Part shown: one piece after another, positions 11,599-26,200 of the stretch | Position numbering within the stretch: position 1 is the first letter of the stretch | Layout of the letters: each line of letters opens with the position of its first letter | Assembly: GCA_024704765.1 (NCBI GenBank) | Contig: JAKMXF010000027.1 | Span: forward strand, 1 to 64,000 | DNA: 64,000 bases | Reading direction: 5' to 3' | From: Oopsacas minuta | Taxonomy: Eukaryota > Animalia > Porifera | Program-made: the position numbers and the translations under genes | The notes under the pieces: model-generated | Seen by the model: only the letters and a program-made list of their open reading frames with translations | Told to the model about the DNA's origin: nothing | Database searches by the model: none

Positions 11599-13372
11599 CA
11601 GGGCCCATTAAGGGTCGTCTGGGCCCTGGTACTGTCCAAAATTTTAGGCCGCAAATGTCTTACATCGAACCGACCCCACAGTATTCCGAATCAAATTAGC
11701 CCACAATATATTAATCTTATATAAAACACACACGACAGAAACAACTTTCCACATTGTCAATTTGTGGCACTTATTCTTTGCGAATTCATCTATCAATTTG
11801 CTGAAACCAAGCTTGCGCAACATCTCCTGCTCTATGCTCATAAGGGTGAGCATGACCAGACGTTGTTGGCCCATGGTCGATCGCAATCTTGATTCGAGCC
11901 AGCTTTGAAAAGGAGCGCTCACCTTCACAGATTGTAATCAACATACAGAGGTAGATGCGAAACATTATGTAGACGTTCGGAAATGTCTGATCTAGGCCTA
12001 GTTCTGTGAGTAAAAGGAATAACCGCAGCTCGTAGCAAATTTAACTTCTGGTTCGTTAGATGCTAAGGCCTGCTGATCTTGCTCTGATTTAACAAAACTA
12101 ACGAACTGAATTAGCTCAACAGAGAGATCTTCCTCCAAATCTTCTGAGTATTCGCGAACCAGCCGCTCAACTGCAACTGTGATATCACCACTTGAAGACG
12201 TGTGGAGGTTACTGAGGAAGCTGTGATCATAAAAGATCTTAAACCATATGAAGGATGGCCATGAGAACTTGCTAAATAGTCCCAATAATTTCCACATGTA
12301 CCAGAACCCCTAGAAAGTATAATTGGCAAATGGTAAGAGCGTTAGTTTGTCTAAGAAGTAAAAACTATCGTTCATTAGTATTAACATTTTATATAGTAAC
12401 GCATAAATATTCTCCGTGAATAGTCGAAACCGCGGACAGTAATCTAGAGAACGAGGGGGTCACTCGATGGGGTTAGGACTATTGAGAATGGAATCTTTTC
12501 GAAGGTCAAAAAGTCATATTTCAACTTGGGAACAGTGATTATTGGCTTCAATATTTGACTTCAAATTGTCCTAAATCGCTTGTTCCCAAACATTAACAAC
12601 AAATGCCTTAACACCTCAAAGTGTCATGGAACCAGACTACAAGTTAAGAAATGGATTCAAAGTAATTATGCTAAATATTTATCCGAAACTTCTAGCATCA
12701 TTTGAAATATGCAATTATTTGATTAATCATATGATAAATCTGTAAATTTTTAACTTTCAGACTCTGAAAATTCTCGAAATCGGACTCTAAGCACCTAATA
12801 ACCCCTGAACACGATAATTTCGATATAATCATACAGGGCCGTATTAAGGGGGGGGCTATGGGTGCTGCAGCACCGGGCCCGGACCCTGAGAGGACCGCGT
12901 AGGCATATTCGTAGCGGGCCTGCAGAAATTTATCTCTTGTGGATTCGCAAAGAGCCAAACAGAAAGTGCCCGCTACACTAAGGTAAGAGGTTGCACATAC
13001 TTGATTATACAATACCAGCTAGGGGGTCCCAACAGTGATTACCCAAAATGGAGTAATATGAGGATTTCCGGAAGGTAATGGGTACTTCATTAGATTAAAA
13101 TTTGTTATCAATAGTTCTATCTAATTTGTTTCTAATTGGCTTCAGACTGTAAATTATAAACTACTATGAGAGAGTTGGACATGAAGGATATACGGCAGGA
13201 AAGAAGTGTATGCGCAAGCGGAATGTTCAATGGGACTTTGGGATAGGTGAGGAAACAATCCTGGAGCCCAGGGAACGCTTTCGGGTAGAGATTTTTATTT
13301 CTATCATGGACAGCACACTGGGCGCACTGCAGCATCGGTTGGATGCCTACGAAGCCATCTGCGCCAATTAGT
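11599..13372. mobile_element. Internally deleted hAT transposon (ZMYM1-like transposase with C-terminal dimerisation domain), split by an inversion
   Basis: The + strand at ~13210-13370 reads RKRNVQWDF..ERFRVEIFISIMDSTLGALQHRLDAYEAICAN. The - strand at ~12230-11750 continues SFLSNL..YSEDLEEDLSVELIQF..FPNVYIMFRIYL..CEGERSFSKL..STMGQQRLVMLTLMSIE..IDEFAK. Ends CAGGGCC(G/C)..ATTAAGG lie at 12834 and 11599. Confidence 0.75.
12695..12800. repeat. Dispersed repeat shared with ~56010-56130
   Basis: GCAT(C/G)ATTTGAAAT...TTAATC(A/T)TATGATAAATCT...TAACTTTCAGACTCTGAAAAT...ATCGGACTCTA occurs at both sites. Confidence 0.6.
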
Positions 13373-14847
13373 GTTAACATTTTTATAAAAATGATATTTC
13401 CATATATTCTATATACTAATGAATGAATTCGTTTATTATCTTTATCACCAATTTGGTGGTGATCTAAGAATTTCCTTCTACAGAGCAAACGGAAGTGTAC
13501 CGTAACTTATTGAATCCGCAATTGTGTAAGTAGTACTATGCACCGAGTAGGATAAAAAATGTAAGGACGTTTTAGTTTTACTACAAACTATCGCTCTTTC
13601 CATTTTCCAATGATACTTCCTAGGGGTTCCCCATAGCCTACTTAATACGGCCGCGGATGTAACCGAGAAGGCCGATTTAGTTTTATAATTTTTAAACAAA
13701 CTAACGCTCTAACCATTTGCCAATTATACTTTCGAAGCTTTCCATATGTGAGAAATCTATTGAGACTGCTTAGCAAGTTCCCACGGCCATCCTTCATTTG
13801 GTTTAGGGTCTTTTAAATCATGACATGAGTATTAAGTATATAGTCGCAAATCAGATATGAATTTTTCTAAATTTTACATTTTTATATCATTTGTTGCAAT
13901 AATCATCTCAATTCATACGTAATGTATAAGTAACCAGCGTAAACGCTTTTGAATAAATTCTTTACTGAATGTCTTTATAATAATTTATCAAATTCATACT
14001 TTTAAGAATATCATTATTTTCATGACCAATGAATACATTATATTTTAATTATTTCATGCAATTTTGAACTTCTTAACAGTTTGCCGTGTACATACGTATA
14101 TAATTGTGGGTGTAGAATTGCACTTGGGAAAGGAATTTTGCTTAGGTAAAATTTTCATCATCAATTTTCACCTTACTGAAAACAGAGGAGAAAATAACAT
14201 TTCTATGAAAATCCACTCATCTTGATAATCGTGAAACATCTGGTTATATCAGTCCAGACAGTTTATGTTATCACGTATACTTACTAGGCAAAAATTTTAG
14301 CGCATTGCTGATTTTTAGCTTCTATGGGTTGAAATTTTTTTTCACACCCATATGCGATAAATTTGGATGAGCGGAGATACACCGAATTTTTATGTCATTT
14401 TCCGAATAATCGGAGGACGTAATCACAAGTCTGATTTATTTTCAGTATGTTGTCACTTGTCCGATCGGTTTTATTTACACATACAATGAATGATACATAT
14501 GATAATTATATGCACCAAAGCTAAATTGTTTTTTACTGTGCAAAGTGAGGTACATTCTGGCCTAGTTCACCTAACCATGAATTTAATGCGTGTATAATCT
14601 CAAAAGGGCAGATATTCCCAGTATAATTATTCGAGAACAGGTGTAATTTTGGGCTTTTACACTTATCCGAATTTTATGTATGCATATTTATCATGTCTTT
14701 CTGAATACATCGCTCCGGACCTGTGACTACCCCAATTTTTCTGAATTTTGAGATATCAAAATTCGGAGAATGAAATAGGAATGAAGAATATCTTCCTCAT
14801 CAAAATTGTATAATTTCTTAATATATTGTTCTTTTTCTGTTATCTAG

Positions 14848-16553
14848 CTCATACTCAACTTTGACGAGCCAGTAAATCCATCTTCAATTCAGTTTACTGG
14901 ATTTTCTTTGCAGAATGTTATCAATGCTAATTTAGCTGTTAATTTTGAATCTCACCATTTTACTTATCCTTTTATATATTCTGAAGCTCGTTCCTCTATT
15001 ATTGAATTACTTATTGATGTTAATGATGCTAATTTGATCAAAAACCTATCAAATCTTGCAACAACTGGGAATGACACGTTTCTTGTTATCAGTAATTTTT
15101 CTATTGAAGACACAACTGGGAATTTTGTTGTCCCTATCTTATCTTCAAATGCTCTCTCAATTCAAAGATTTATCCCTGATAAGGTTAAACCGACTCTGAT
15201 ATCATTTTCTTTTGATTTAGATAATGGATTACTTTCGTTTTTCTTTGATGAGACAATTCTTGTGAGTTCATTTAACGCGACTGAGTTTTCTATTCAGAGT
15301 AGTGATTCAACAACTGAATTGTGTAATTTCACACCATCAGTAGGGACATTATTTATTAACACCGTTAATTCAATCGATTATACTTTAAATACAAATGATC
15401 TTAATATAATAAAAGGTATGACTTGTCTCGCAACAATGCAATCGAACACTTATATTTCTATTAGTTCATCTTTTATACAAGACAAGAATTATAATTACAT
15501 AAATCCTATATCAGATTTATCCGCACTTCTTGTTAACAGTTTCATTTCTGATACTTCTAACCCTCAACTATTATCCTTTGACTTAAATCTGAACATTGGT
15601 ACACTTACCCTATATTTTGATGAAACTGTAAATTCATCTAGCTTGTTACTTAACCGTCTCATCGTTTCAAACCTTACTACAAATATATTTCAAGATTTAT
15701 TTGTTGTGTTAACAGGTGGGTCTTTTAATGCAACTAATTCCCCTTCTGTTGTTATAACCCTGACATCTAACCATCTTGATGATTTGAAAGTTAACCGCTA
15801 TTTGGCAACTGAGAAAAATAATACATTTTTGAGCATATTTACTACTACTATTCGAGATATGTCATTAGCACCGAATTATGTGCTAGCTACTACCCTTCAA
15901 GTTGATGTACTTATTTTTGACGAGACTAGCCCAAGACTTATCTTATGGTATCCAGATTTAGATATTTCAACTATTTCGCTTTATTTCGATGAACCAATCA
16001 ATTCCAATAGTGTTATGGCCACTTCTATCAGCTTTCAATCTCAGTATATGTTTAATATTAACACAACTGTGAATCTAACCCTTTCTGGTGGGGATACATC
16101 AAGTTCTGATGGAAAAATGATTGTTATAAACATTCCGATTACTGATCTTAATTCTATCAAGAGTTTGCCGTTGCTTCTGAGCTCTATTAACAATTCTTAT
16201 ATCACTTTTACTCCGTTACTTTGTAGGGATATAGCAGGAAATCAAGTAATTGGAGTAACTAAGAATATATCGCTGATTGCATCTAGCTTCATTAGAGATA
16301 ATGGCAAACCACGACTTATAAGCTGGAGTTTAGACATGGATGCTGCTATTATGGATCTTACCTTCAGCGAGACTGTGAACTTTTCTTCAGTGTATTTTCC
16401 AGGAATTGGACTGCAATCTTCATTCAATTCCAGTGAAAGCTCAGGAGTTAGATTGACTGGGGGCTCGGTGCTAAATAAGGATCACGCTGTTGTTATCTCC
16501 ATTCAAATCCTGAATGATGATCTCAACATTATGAAACAATTAGGAATTGGAAG
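14848..16553 (+). CDS. Giant tandem-repeat protein, third visible exon
   Basis: Acceptor ttatctAG|CTC (phase 0) and donor gaAG|GTattt at 16554 (phase 2). It contains the 552-aa ORF 14908-16566 made of the same modules. Confidence 0.9.
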
Positions 16554-16629
16554 GTATTTTAATTGATATATTGCGATGGTTATTTATATAAATGCATTAA
16601 ATTACTTTTGTAATTGATTGGAGTATGTA

Positions 16630-16782
16630 CAGTGGAACCTGCATAGACCGACACTCGATTGAGATATGAAAATTGAGTCGGATTATACAGGTTAACTTGT
16701 ATTGTGGGAAGCTATTATTGTTCAGAAACACTGTCGGATTAGGGTTCTTCCGGATTAACAAGTCAGATTATGCAGGTTCCTG
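16630..16782. mobile_element. Degenerate pogo/Tigger-like MITE
   Basis: TA|CAGTGGAACCTGCATAGACCGAC ... GTCAGATTATGCAGGTTCC(AC deleted)TG. Confidence 0.45.
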
Positions 16783-18954
16783 GATCTTCAAATTTATGGG
16801 CACGTTAGTTAATGTAGTCCTGACAAGTGTTGTCAGTTGTCCCAAATTTCCATTGACAATACTGCGGAAAAGGAAATATACATATATTAATTGGTTAACT
16901 GAAGAAGGCCGAATGATTTCAAAACTGTAATAAGGCATTTGATTTTGTCCTAACTTTCGATAACGGATTGAGTTCCTAGAATTTGTCCTAAACTTAATAT
17001 AGGAATTGTCCCGAAATGTCCTATAATTTCTCGTTTTAGAAATGCACCCACCAACAACCATGGAGTGGTCAAGATGTCTGGGCAACAGTCCAGGGAAAGA
17101 TACACACTAATTCAAGGGAAAATACTTAACAACCTACCTAGTGAATATACATACACAAATCCAACAAGTTTAGCTGGTTTATCCATTAATCCGGTCTCCG
17201 CTAGACATTTTTAGGATGTTCTGAAATAAAATCGACCCTATTCCGGATTTGACAATTCTGCTTTATTCAGCTTTCCCATATTAATGTAACTAAGTTATAC
17301 TCATCAGAAATTTTGGTTTCGCTTCCTCGATTCCTCTCTTCAAGCTATTTCTTCATTTCAATGAGATTTGTCTCATATATTATGTATTTAATTTTAGGAT
17401 TTTGCACGATATTTTACCGCAGTAATGACATATACACCACTTTGGGAAAATTATTCAGCTGTAGTCTTTGGAACAGATAGTTTGCTTAAATAGCAAATTG
17501 TAAAATTTCGGCTTACTCCGCTAGCGCCACGAGTATGAAGTTGGCAGCGAATCCCAGCAGTGAAATTTGTGCATACCTTAACACTTTATAAATCGATCAA
17601 TTGTCAATCAATTCATCTGAAATTTGATCAGTACCTTTGCCTAGGGTGATGTTTTCTGTATTGGTCTAGCAAACGAATTTTTTAGATCTGTAACGGTATG
17701 TACTTGTAATGTGAGCACCACAACACATAAATATCTTCTAAAAGATCATACCCATAGTTGTCAAGTCTCACAGATCCAAAGTGAGACTCACGTATTTGAA
17801 CACAATCTCACTTTCGTTTTCACATTTTCACTTTAAAGATTTTCCAGATATTAGCCATCCAATTCATTTCAAAACAGCTAAATTCAACCTATCTTATTAA
17901 GATCTCACTGGTAGAATTTTAGAAAAGTTGACAACTATTTATACCTAAATGGAAACAATATCCAAATTCTTTTTTCTTCGATTATTAACATTCGCAAATG
18001 TACAAATATTTGTATCCACATAGTCAATCGGAATCATTCCTAACCAAATGTGTCTTAAACACAGTTATGTTATTTCAAGGTTCGCCTTTACGTGACAGTT
18101 GAAAGGTGACAAAAATGTCAGGCATATAAAGGCCTACTCCACTAGACCCCACTAGAAGACCTACAGCTCCCCACAGACTCCCAGCTGGATGGGTATCGCC
18201 CCAACCAGATTAATTGGTCCTTCACTTGGTATGCCCCCTGGTAAACTTGGGTAAACAAGCCTTACCTGGTGCCTGCCACCTATTAACCTCATGCGAAACT
18301 GGTGGTTTTTCCTATGTGAAAATCCTGGTTACGTATCTGATCGAAAAAGTGTCCCAAATAATGCAATTGCAGGGGACCTCAAATTTTTCCAGCCGGCCTT
18401 GATTGTATTTAGCGTACTGGATTTCTATTGATCGATGAAATCTATTAAGTGTATATACACAGACTAATAAATACACTTATTTATATATGATTAATCTTAA
18501 TTTCACATCTCTTTCTGAAATTTCAAAATTATTCTAGAGATTTCTTCCACTTGCTGATTAGGGGTAAGGAGTGACGTAGAATTCGATTTTGATACTTTTT
18601 TATTTTGAAATTTCTTTGCTATTAAGTAGAATGTAATTGTCTCAAAAATCCAGCAAATCCAGTGTAATCAATTTAAACATTATTCGGTACAGACTTTGAT
18701 TTGAGATTTTTGTTATACTTTACTTAATTCGAGGTACGAAGTGTCGAGGCCCTACATGAATACGAAGTGTTTGTCAACCACGGACTACGGAAACAAGGTG
18801 AGCGCATTCGTAGACTCTTGAGTCTAAGTTTAATGCCTATCCACATCTCGACAAGATCCAAACATCTCAAATTCATGACTCCATTTCTTCGAGACGCCAA
18901 TTATGGGACTGCTGTGTTGAGACACCTCACTCTACGTATATAAATACTAAGTAA

Positions 18955-20051
18955 TCTATATTATTAAATCTCAATTATTGTCTGTTTGTTTGTCCGTTGT
19001 AAAGGAAAGGATTTACGGTATGCAATTTTGAAATAGCCGCATAACTATGTATTTATCGTGTTTATTAAGGAAGAAAAGAATTCAATAAAGCTTTACTAAA
19101 CATATCGAACATCCTGAATCCGATTTTCACGCTTTTGGATTAATCATATGTAAATTTATTGTTGTTTTTGTTGCGTTAGTTTCTATATCTACACCACCCG
19201 ATTATTCGGACACTTTCGTCTTTGAATTGAGGTATGGTGTTCGGATAACTGAAATAGTGTATTTTGATGTATGAAATTCACTGCGGGATGATACATGAAA
19301 ATTCGGATTTTGTAATTAGTTTTTTACTGCATATTCAGGACTAATACCACGTCACAGCTGGCAGGCAACAATATTATTAATCTGTTCTTATGTATAGTGA
19401 ATTATCTAATTACTTATTACTACAGATACACTATACCCTCGATTATCCGAACAGCAGGAAGTATGTTATAAATCTTTGGAGCTTCTGACTACTCTAGCTC
19501 TAGTACTAGTTTTTTGAAAGTTGTCATGAATATAATGTAAACAAATTAGTCAAATCTCAAAGTACCGTACAGGCTTGCTGTAAACGGCTACCTGGGGGGA
19601 AGTAAGTACGCTGAATCCGAATTTCGCATTTCAAGTTTTTCATATCCAAATTTATTGTTGTTTTTATGGATATAAAGTAAACAAATTTCAAAATTGAGGT
19701 AGAATCATACTTTCAACGACTATACTGGGGTAATCGAGTATGCTGAGTCCGAATATAGTATTGTAAACAACATCAATATTATTAAATCTCAATTGTTGTT
19801 TGTCTGTTTCTTTGTCCAGTTGATATGTAAATGTATTGTTGTTTTTATGAATAGGCTTGCTCTCAACGGCTACAAATGGGGTTGATCTTACAAAACAATT
19901 CAATAATATATATGCCATATATGTATATTTGTGAATTACATTGTTCAAATATATATATATATTATAATACTCAAAGGGCGAATAATGGATACCTCGAAGC
20001 GCAATGTGCCGAGTTAATCGCAAAGCAACGAGCCAAAGGCTCGTTAAATAG
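18955..20051 (+). mobile_element. Non-autonomous Helitron-like element
   Basis: 5' end A|TCTATATTATTAAATCTCAATTATTGTCTGTTTGTTTGTCC. The 3' hairpin CGAGCCAAAGGCTCG is followed by TTAAATAG|T (a degenerate CTAG). It sits between A and T, and the 5' block is repeated at ~19775-19825. Confidence 0.5.
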
Positions 20052-20252
20052 TAATTAATAATATTTCGGTTCACATTTGGTCACCTTTGAAACGCACACT
20101 TGTGAAAACAGTGTCTGAATCAAGTGGAGTCGACAGTGGTTAAATTGTGTATATTATCGATTCTGAGTATCGCCGTAAATATACAACTGCGAATATATCC
20201 CGCATATTCTCAAGATCTTAAACACGTTTCTTGTACTTTTCTTTTCCTTTAG

Positions 20253-23200
20253 ATATCCTTATCGGAGTTTCATTACCCTCGATGATTCGAGCATTTCAGA
20301 CCTTTCTGGACAGAGTATATTTGAACAAATAGATTCATTGTCACCAATTCAAGTTACTCAATCGCTCTATAAACGAGACATTACTGGCCCCATCCTCTCA
20401 TCATTTGATCTTGACCTAAGTTTGGATCAATTGATCTTACGATTTGATGAAGTGGTGAATGTAGTTACTCTTCGCGTGGAGTTCCTTACTTTCCAAAATT
20501 CAAGTAATGTTTCACTCTCACAATACCAACTTAACAGTTCTCAGTCATCCTCCGAGTACGTGGTTTCGCAGTTGACTATCGAATTAAGTACTTTTGATTT
20601 GAATAACATCAAACGGTACACTAACCTTCTTACGAACAAGAATGATACTTATCTAAATATTCTTCCACTCTTTATTTCTGACGTTTTTCATAATCCGGTT
20701 CAAATCATATCTAAAAACTCTGCCCTCATGGTTACAAATTATTCCCCAGACTTTATTTCACCACGACTAGAGCGATTTTCCGTAAACATGAGCGATGAAA
20801 CCCTCACTCTCTACTTTTCTGAAACTGTCCAATCTGATAGTTTGAATAGCACCCAAATCAAGCTAATTAGCTTCTCTTCACTAGATTCAACAAGTGTTAC
20901 TTTGCACCAAGCGTTTTCTTTGTTTGATGACGATTTCATTATCACTTTTTCAATATCAAATGAGGATTTAAATTTGATTAAACAATATACGAACCTAGCA
21001 ACATCTGACTTAAATACATATATATCTATCACTTCACGTCTTATCCAAGATATGAACAACAATTATGTTGTTCCAATCAATGAATCCAGAGCTCTTCAAG
21101 TTTATTCTTTGTTTCCTGATTTGATCAAACCTTATTTGGTGTACTATACCTTAGATTTAGATGGATCGCCAATGCTCTCATTGACATTTTCTGAAACAGT
21201 TAACAGTTTATCATTAGATCCAATTCAAATTTCTATTCAGGACTTTAGTACTGCACAAGAATTTCGAGTATTTACTGGTGGATATACTCTAAGTCTCAAT
21301 GATACTGTGATTGTTATAGTTATGTTCAAACTTGATATTGAATATATAAAGCAGAACTTTAAATTAGCAACCTCTATAAATACAACTTATCTGCGACACA
21401 ACTCTTCCTTGATACAAGACATGAATTCAAATTTCATAGTTCCAATCAATGATGGCATGGGACACCAAGCAAACTTGTTTATACCGGATACCACTCGCCC
21501 TTATCTCTCTCGTTTCGATTTAGACATGAATTATGGGATCGTTACTCTATATTTTTCTGAATCCATAAATGTTGATACTTTTATTCCTTCCAGCATTACG
21601 TTTCAGGCATCAAATCTTACAGTTTTAGATAGTAATTTGGATTTCTTGCTTACTGGTGGCGTTTTGACTACTGGAAATGATACTAAACTCACTTTCTCAA
21701 TCTTAAAACGCGATTTAGACAGCTTGAAGCTCCTACCAAGTGTAGCCGTATCAGTTTTATCAACATATTTAAGCTTTCCAGAAATTTTGGTAGAAGATAT
21801 GAATGGCAATGAAATAATCCCTCAAAATAATGGAAATGCTTTAATTGTTACGAATTTTGTTAATGATACTACTCGACCATACATTTACGACTTTGACATT
21901 AACTTTAGTGGTTATTTAATTTTCCTTTCACTCTATTTCAGTGAAGCAATAAACGCTAGTACATTAAATGTAACTGATCTTATTCTGATAAATCGACCAT
22001 TTAATGCTTCTAACAGTTCAAATACAAGTAATGTAGCATTCGTCCTTACTGGTGGAACATATCCACAAACGAATGATATCACGATTAATATTACGCTACT
22101 GTTTGATGACAGTAATGCAATTAAAGGATTAGAATTATGTTCTGAGTCTATGAGGCAAGACAATTGTTTCTTGTCCTTTACCACTAATCTTATTCGTGAT
22201 ATGAATGACAATCCTATCATATCGAGAACAGTTGAGGATCCATTACAAGCCCGGTTCTTTATTCCAGATAGATTCTCTCCGTTTCTTCTTCAATTTATCG
22301 AATTTGATTATAACACTGAGACAGTGACCCTTTTATTTGATGAGACGGTTAATATCTCTACATTTGACCCAACTCAAATCAGTTTTCAGCGTTGGGGGTT
22401 TGACGACGGTACCCTTTCCCCGTTTAACGTTATTTGGCTAACAGGTGGATATAACTTTACACTGGTTCATGATATAAGTTTACGTTTCACCCTAGATAAC
22501 TATGATCTGAACAGAATTAAACGAGACTCTGATGTGTGTCCAGATTCTACTCGTTGCTTTATACGCTTCACGCCTTATGTTATCAAGGATATGGCTGGAA
22601 ATTTGGCGCGTGCTCTTTTAGATTCTATTGATCAACAAATACGTCGATTTGAGTATGCAGAGACTCTCAATACAGATTTGACAAGCCCTTACCTTACAGG
22701 TTTTAGCATTGATCTTGATCTTCTGAATATTTCTCTCACATTTGACGAAACCATAGATTTTACTGATTTTGACCCTCGCGGAATAACAATTCATAATGCT
22801 CCATTTAACTCATCTGAAAGTCATACTCTAACTGGAACGGCTTTGGGAACTGCCCCCTCTACTACAGAAAACTGGATATATGTGAATTTCATCTTAAACG
22901 AATTTGACAGCATCCAATTGAAATATTTAGAAAATCTAGCTATCAATGCAAGCACAACATTTCTTACGATTACTAGCCAGGTAATCGAGGATGTTAACAA
23001 TAATAAGCCTCTTTCCACCTTAGCTTCAGGAGGTATAATTCCCAATCTCTTCACTCCTGACTCAACAGAGCCTTACATGACCCAATACGATGCTTTTCTA
23101 ACAGATAAATATATCCTACTTACTTCTAACGAACCAATCTTCCTTAATTCTATTGATCCTACCTTCATCACTCTCCAATCTGCTGTGAGTATTCTTGAGA

Positions 23201-26200
23201 ACGGAACTTATCATGAAACATTGATTGCAGGTAATGTGTCTTACCATGAAGCTATAAGTAACCGAAAACTTGTAATCAGAATAGATTTATACAGAGAGAA
23301 TCTTCTTCCTATTTTGCTAAACAATGAATTCATGACATCAAGATTAGATTGTTATATTTCTCATCTTCCTGGTTTATTTCAAGATATGTTTTTCAATCCA
23401 TCTTTAAGTATTTCGAATGAATCTGCTCTTCAAGTCAACAGTTTCTTTGGAGATAATTTGCCTGCAAATTTAGAATTTTTTACAGTAAACCTAGATGTAG
23501 GTACTATGACGTTGTACTTTAATGATGTGATTCTGGTTCAGAGCTTCGATCCAACAGGATTAACTTTGAAAGATAATAGAACTCCAATTGGAACAGCTGA
23601 ATACACTCTTACCTCTGAGTCTAAGGCAATTTCAGACTCTAATTATTTTTTCACTGTAAAATTTTCGGATCAAGATTTGAATGTAATAAAGAAGCTTACC
23701 CTCCTAGCAACTCAAGCTAATAATACCTGCTTGGTAATACAAGGATTTCCAAACTCTCCTTTAGGTGATTATAGTAACCATATCGTTACTCCTACTACTG
23801 ATTGCGTCTTTGCTTCTAGCTTCATACCCGATACCACGAGGCCAACTTTAATTTCTTTTGTTGTTAATATGGATAATGGCGAAGTTAAATTGACTTTTTC
23901 GGAAACTATGCGAGCAGCCAGTCTAAATATTACTAATTTTCTTTTATTAGATTCAAATAGATTGATGAATACTTCAATAAAATATTCATTAACTGGAGGC
24001 AATTCATCCCTAATTGATGATACAGTATTAACTATCACATTTTCTATTGACGACCTGAATGAACTGAAACGGATTACACCTGGATTGTTTACTTCTGTCG
24101 ATGACTCGTTTATTTCCTTTAACAACCTAACAGTCTATGATATGAATTTTAATCCAGTAATTGAGGTTCATAATGATAATGCCACGCAAACTAGTTTCTA
24201 CATTCCTGATTCAACGAATCCCTTTTTAGTATCGTATGATTTGGATCTGTCAAGAGAAATATTAATGTTTACATTTTCTGAGACGATAAATGCTGGCTCA
24301 TTTTCTGTGGGTGAGTTACACCTTCAATCTACTATCGATGGAGGAATTGTGTATCAATTAACTAGAGGCGTTTCTACGAGTGCGAACTCTACTATTCTCA
24401 CCTTACCTCTCTCCTTTAATGATCTCAACAATATCAAAAGGTATACTGAACTTGCAATTGATGCTAATACAACCTTTCTATTTGCGACTAGTCTCCTTAT
24501 ATCAGATATGAACTCTAATCAATTTATGTCTATCTCACCTAGCTTTGCTCTTGAAGTAAACGCATTTATTCCTGATAATATACTCCCTGTCCTCGAATCT
24601 TTTGATTTAGATCTTAATACAGATTATTTAAGGCTAACATTTTCTGAAACTATGCGAGTCAGTAGCATATTTTTTGAAAGATTCGTTCTTGTTAACAAAT
24701 TAGTTAACTGGACCATATTCTATCCTTTCAGCTCTGGTAATTGGTCAAACATAGATAATAGGTCAATTGCCATAAACTTTGGCAAAATTGATTCTGATAA
24801 CATTCGCTTGCATACTAACCTAGCCACTTTTCAAAATAATACATATTTATACTTGCTAGACCTCAGTATTACTGATATGAACCAAAACTATGTTAACAGC
24901 ACAATACAGAAGGTAAAGATTTACACTCAAGATCGAATCAGACCAAGCTTACTTCGATTCAATATTGATCTAGACTCAGCCTTACTCAGTCTTTATTTCT
25001 CCGAAACGGTTTTGGCAACTTCATTTAATTCCACTCAATTAACCTTTCATAATGAGAACCCTGTGTCTATTTCAACTATCAACTTCACGTTAAGTATCAT
25101 CCCTTCAATACTTGGTTCAAATACTTCAATTATTTTAAAATTACCAATTGATGATTTGAATGAGATTAAACGTTCATCAAATCTTGCAACCAGTAACAAT
25201 TCTACATTCCTTTCAGCAACCAAGTATACAATTTCTGATATGAACTTCAATTTGTTAATTCCTGTTGATTTTCCCAACCCTCTCTCTGTTTTTGAGTATA
25301 TTTCTGACACTACTTCACCAGTTTTCAATTATTTCGATTTCGATTTGAACATTGGGTCACTGATACTTACTTTTTCGGAAACTGTCGACACTTCCTCCTT
25401 TATTCCGTCAGGTTTCACCCTTCAATCACACCTTACTTTGACTGAAACTGATAATATTACTTTGTCATTGAGTGCACCCACTAGTACAACTACTCTAGAT
25501 TCCACCGTTGTCTATGTAAACCTGAGTGTACAAGATTTGAATGAATTAAAGAGGCTGATTGGGTTAGGAGACGACAAATTTACCACTTATATTAGTGTTA
25601 AATCCTTCGCAATTACAGATACCAATTCTAATCCTATATCCCCTATACCTAGTACCAACGCTACTCAAGTTTACCTATTCTCTCCAGACATTACAAGGCC
25701 TGAACTCTTCTCTTACACTTTAGATATGAATACAGGTTTTCTGACATTACAATTTTCTGAAACAGTAAATACAACTTCTCTACAAGTAAAAGGAATTACC
25801 ATCCAATCTATCGTTACTACTTCAAATAATTCTCAATCTCACACTCTAACAGATGGTGTTAGCTTACCTTTTAGTAATGATAGTACATTATTACGAATAT
25901 ACATCGGATTTAGCGATATTAACAGCATAAAGTTCTTATCCTCTCTGGCAACTTCTATGAATAATACATTTATCTCAATGACTGATTACACTATTAATGA
26001 TATGTCACAATTACCTATTCTACCGATACCCAAAACTCAGGCCTTGAATGTGTTTAGTTATATTCCTGATGAACTAGGGCCAATTCTCCAAACTTTCAAT
26101 ATGAACCTCTCTGATGGGATAGTAACCTTACTCTTTGATGAAACTGTTGATGTATTTAGCTTTGATCCCAGATTTGCTCTCTTACATGCTTCTACTAACT

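Larger units (their letters stand above)
3538..14847 (+). other. 11.3-kb intron filled with transposon relics
   Basis: GT at 3538 and AG at 14846-14847. Splicing gives LNLNSSK-LILNFDEPV, an unbroken module. Confidence 0.85.

Noticed and set aside
159-16566. ORFs 231-848, 902-1393, 2449-3579 and 14908-16566 as separate genes
   Set aside because: Their modules are cut at in-phase GT-AG junctions, and splicing restores an exact 18-module block.
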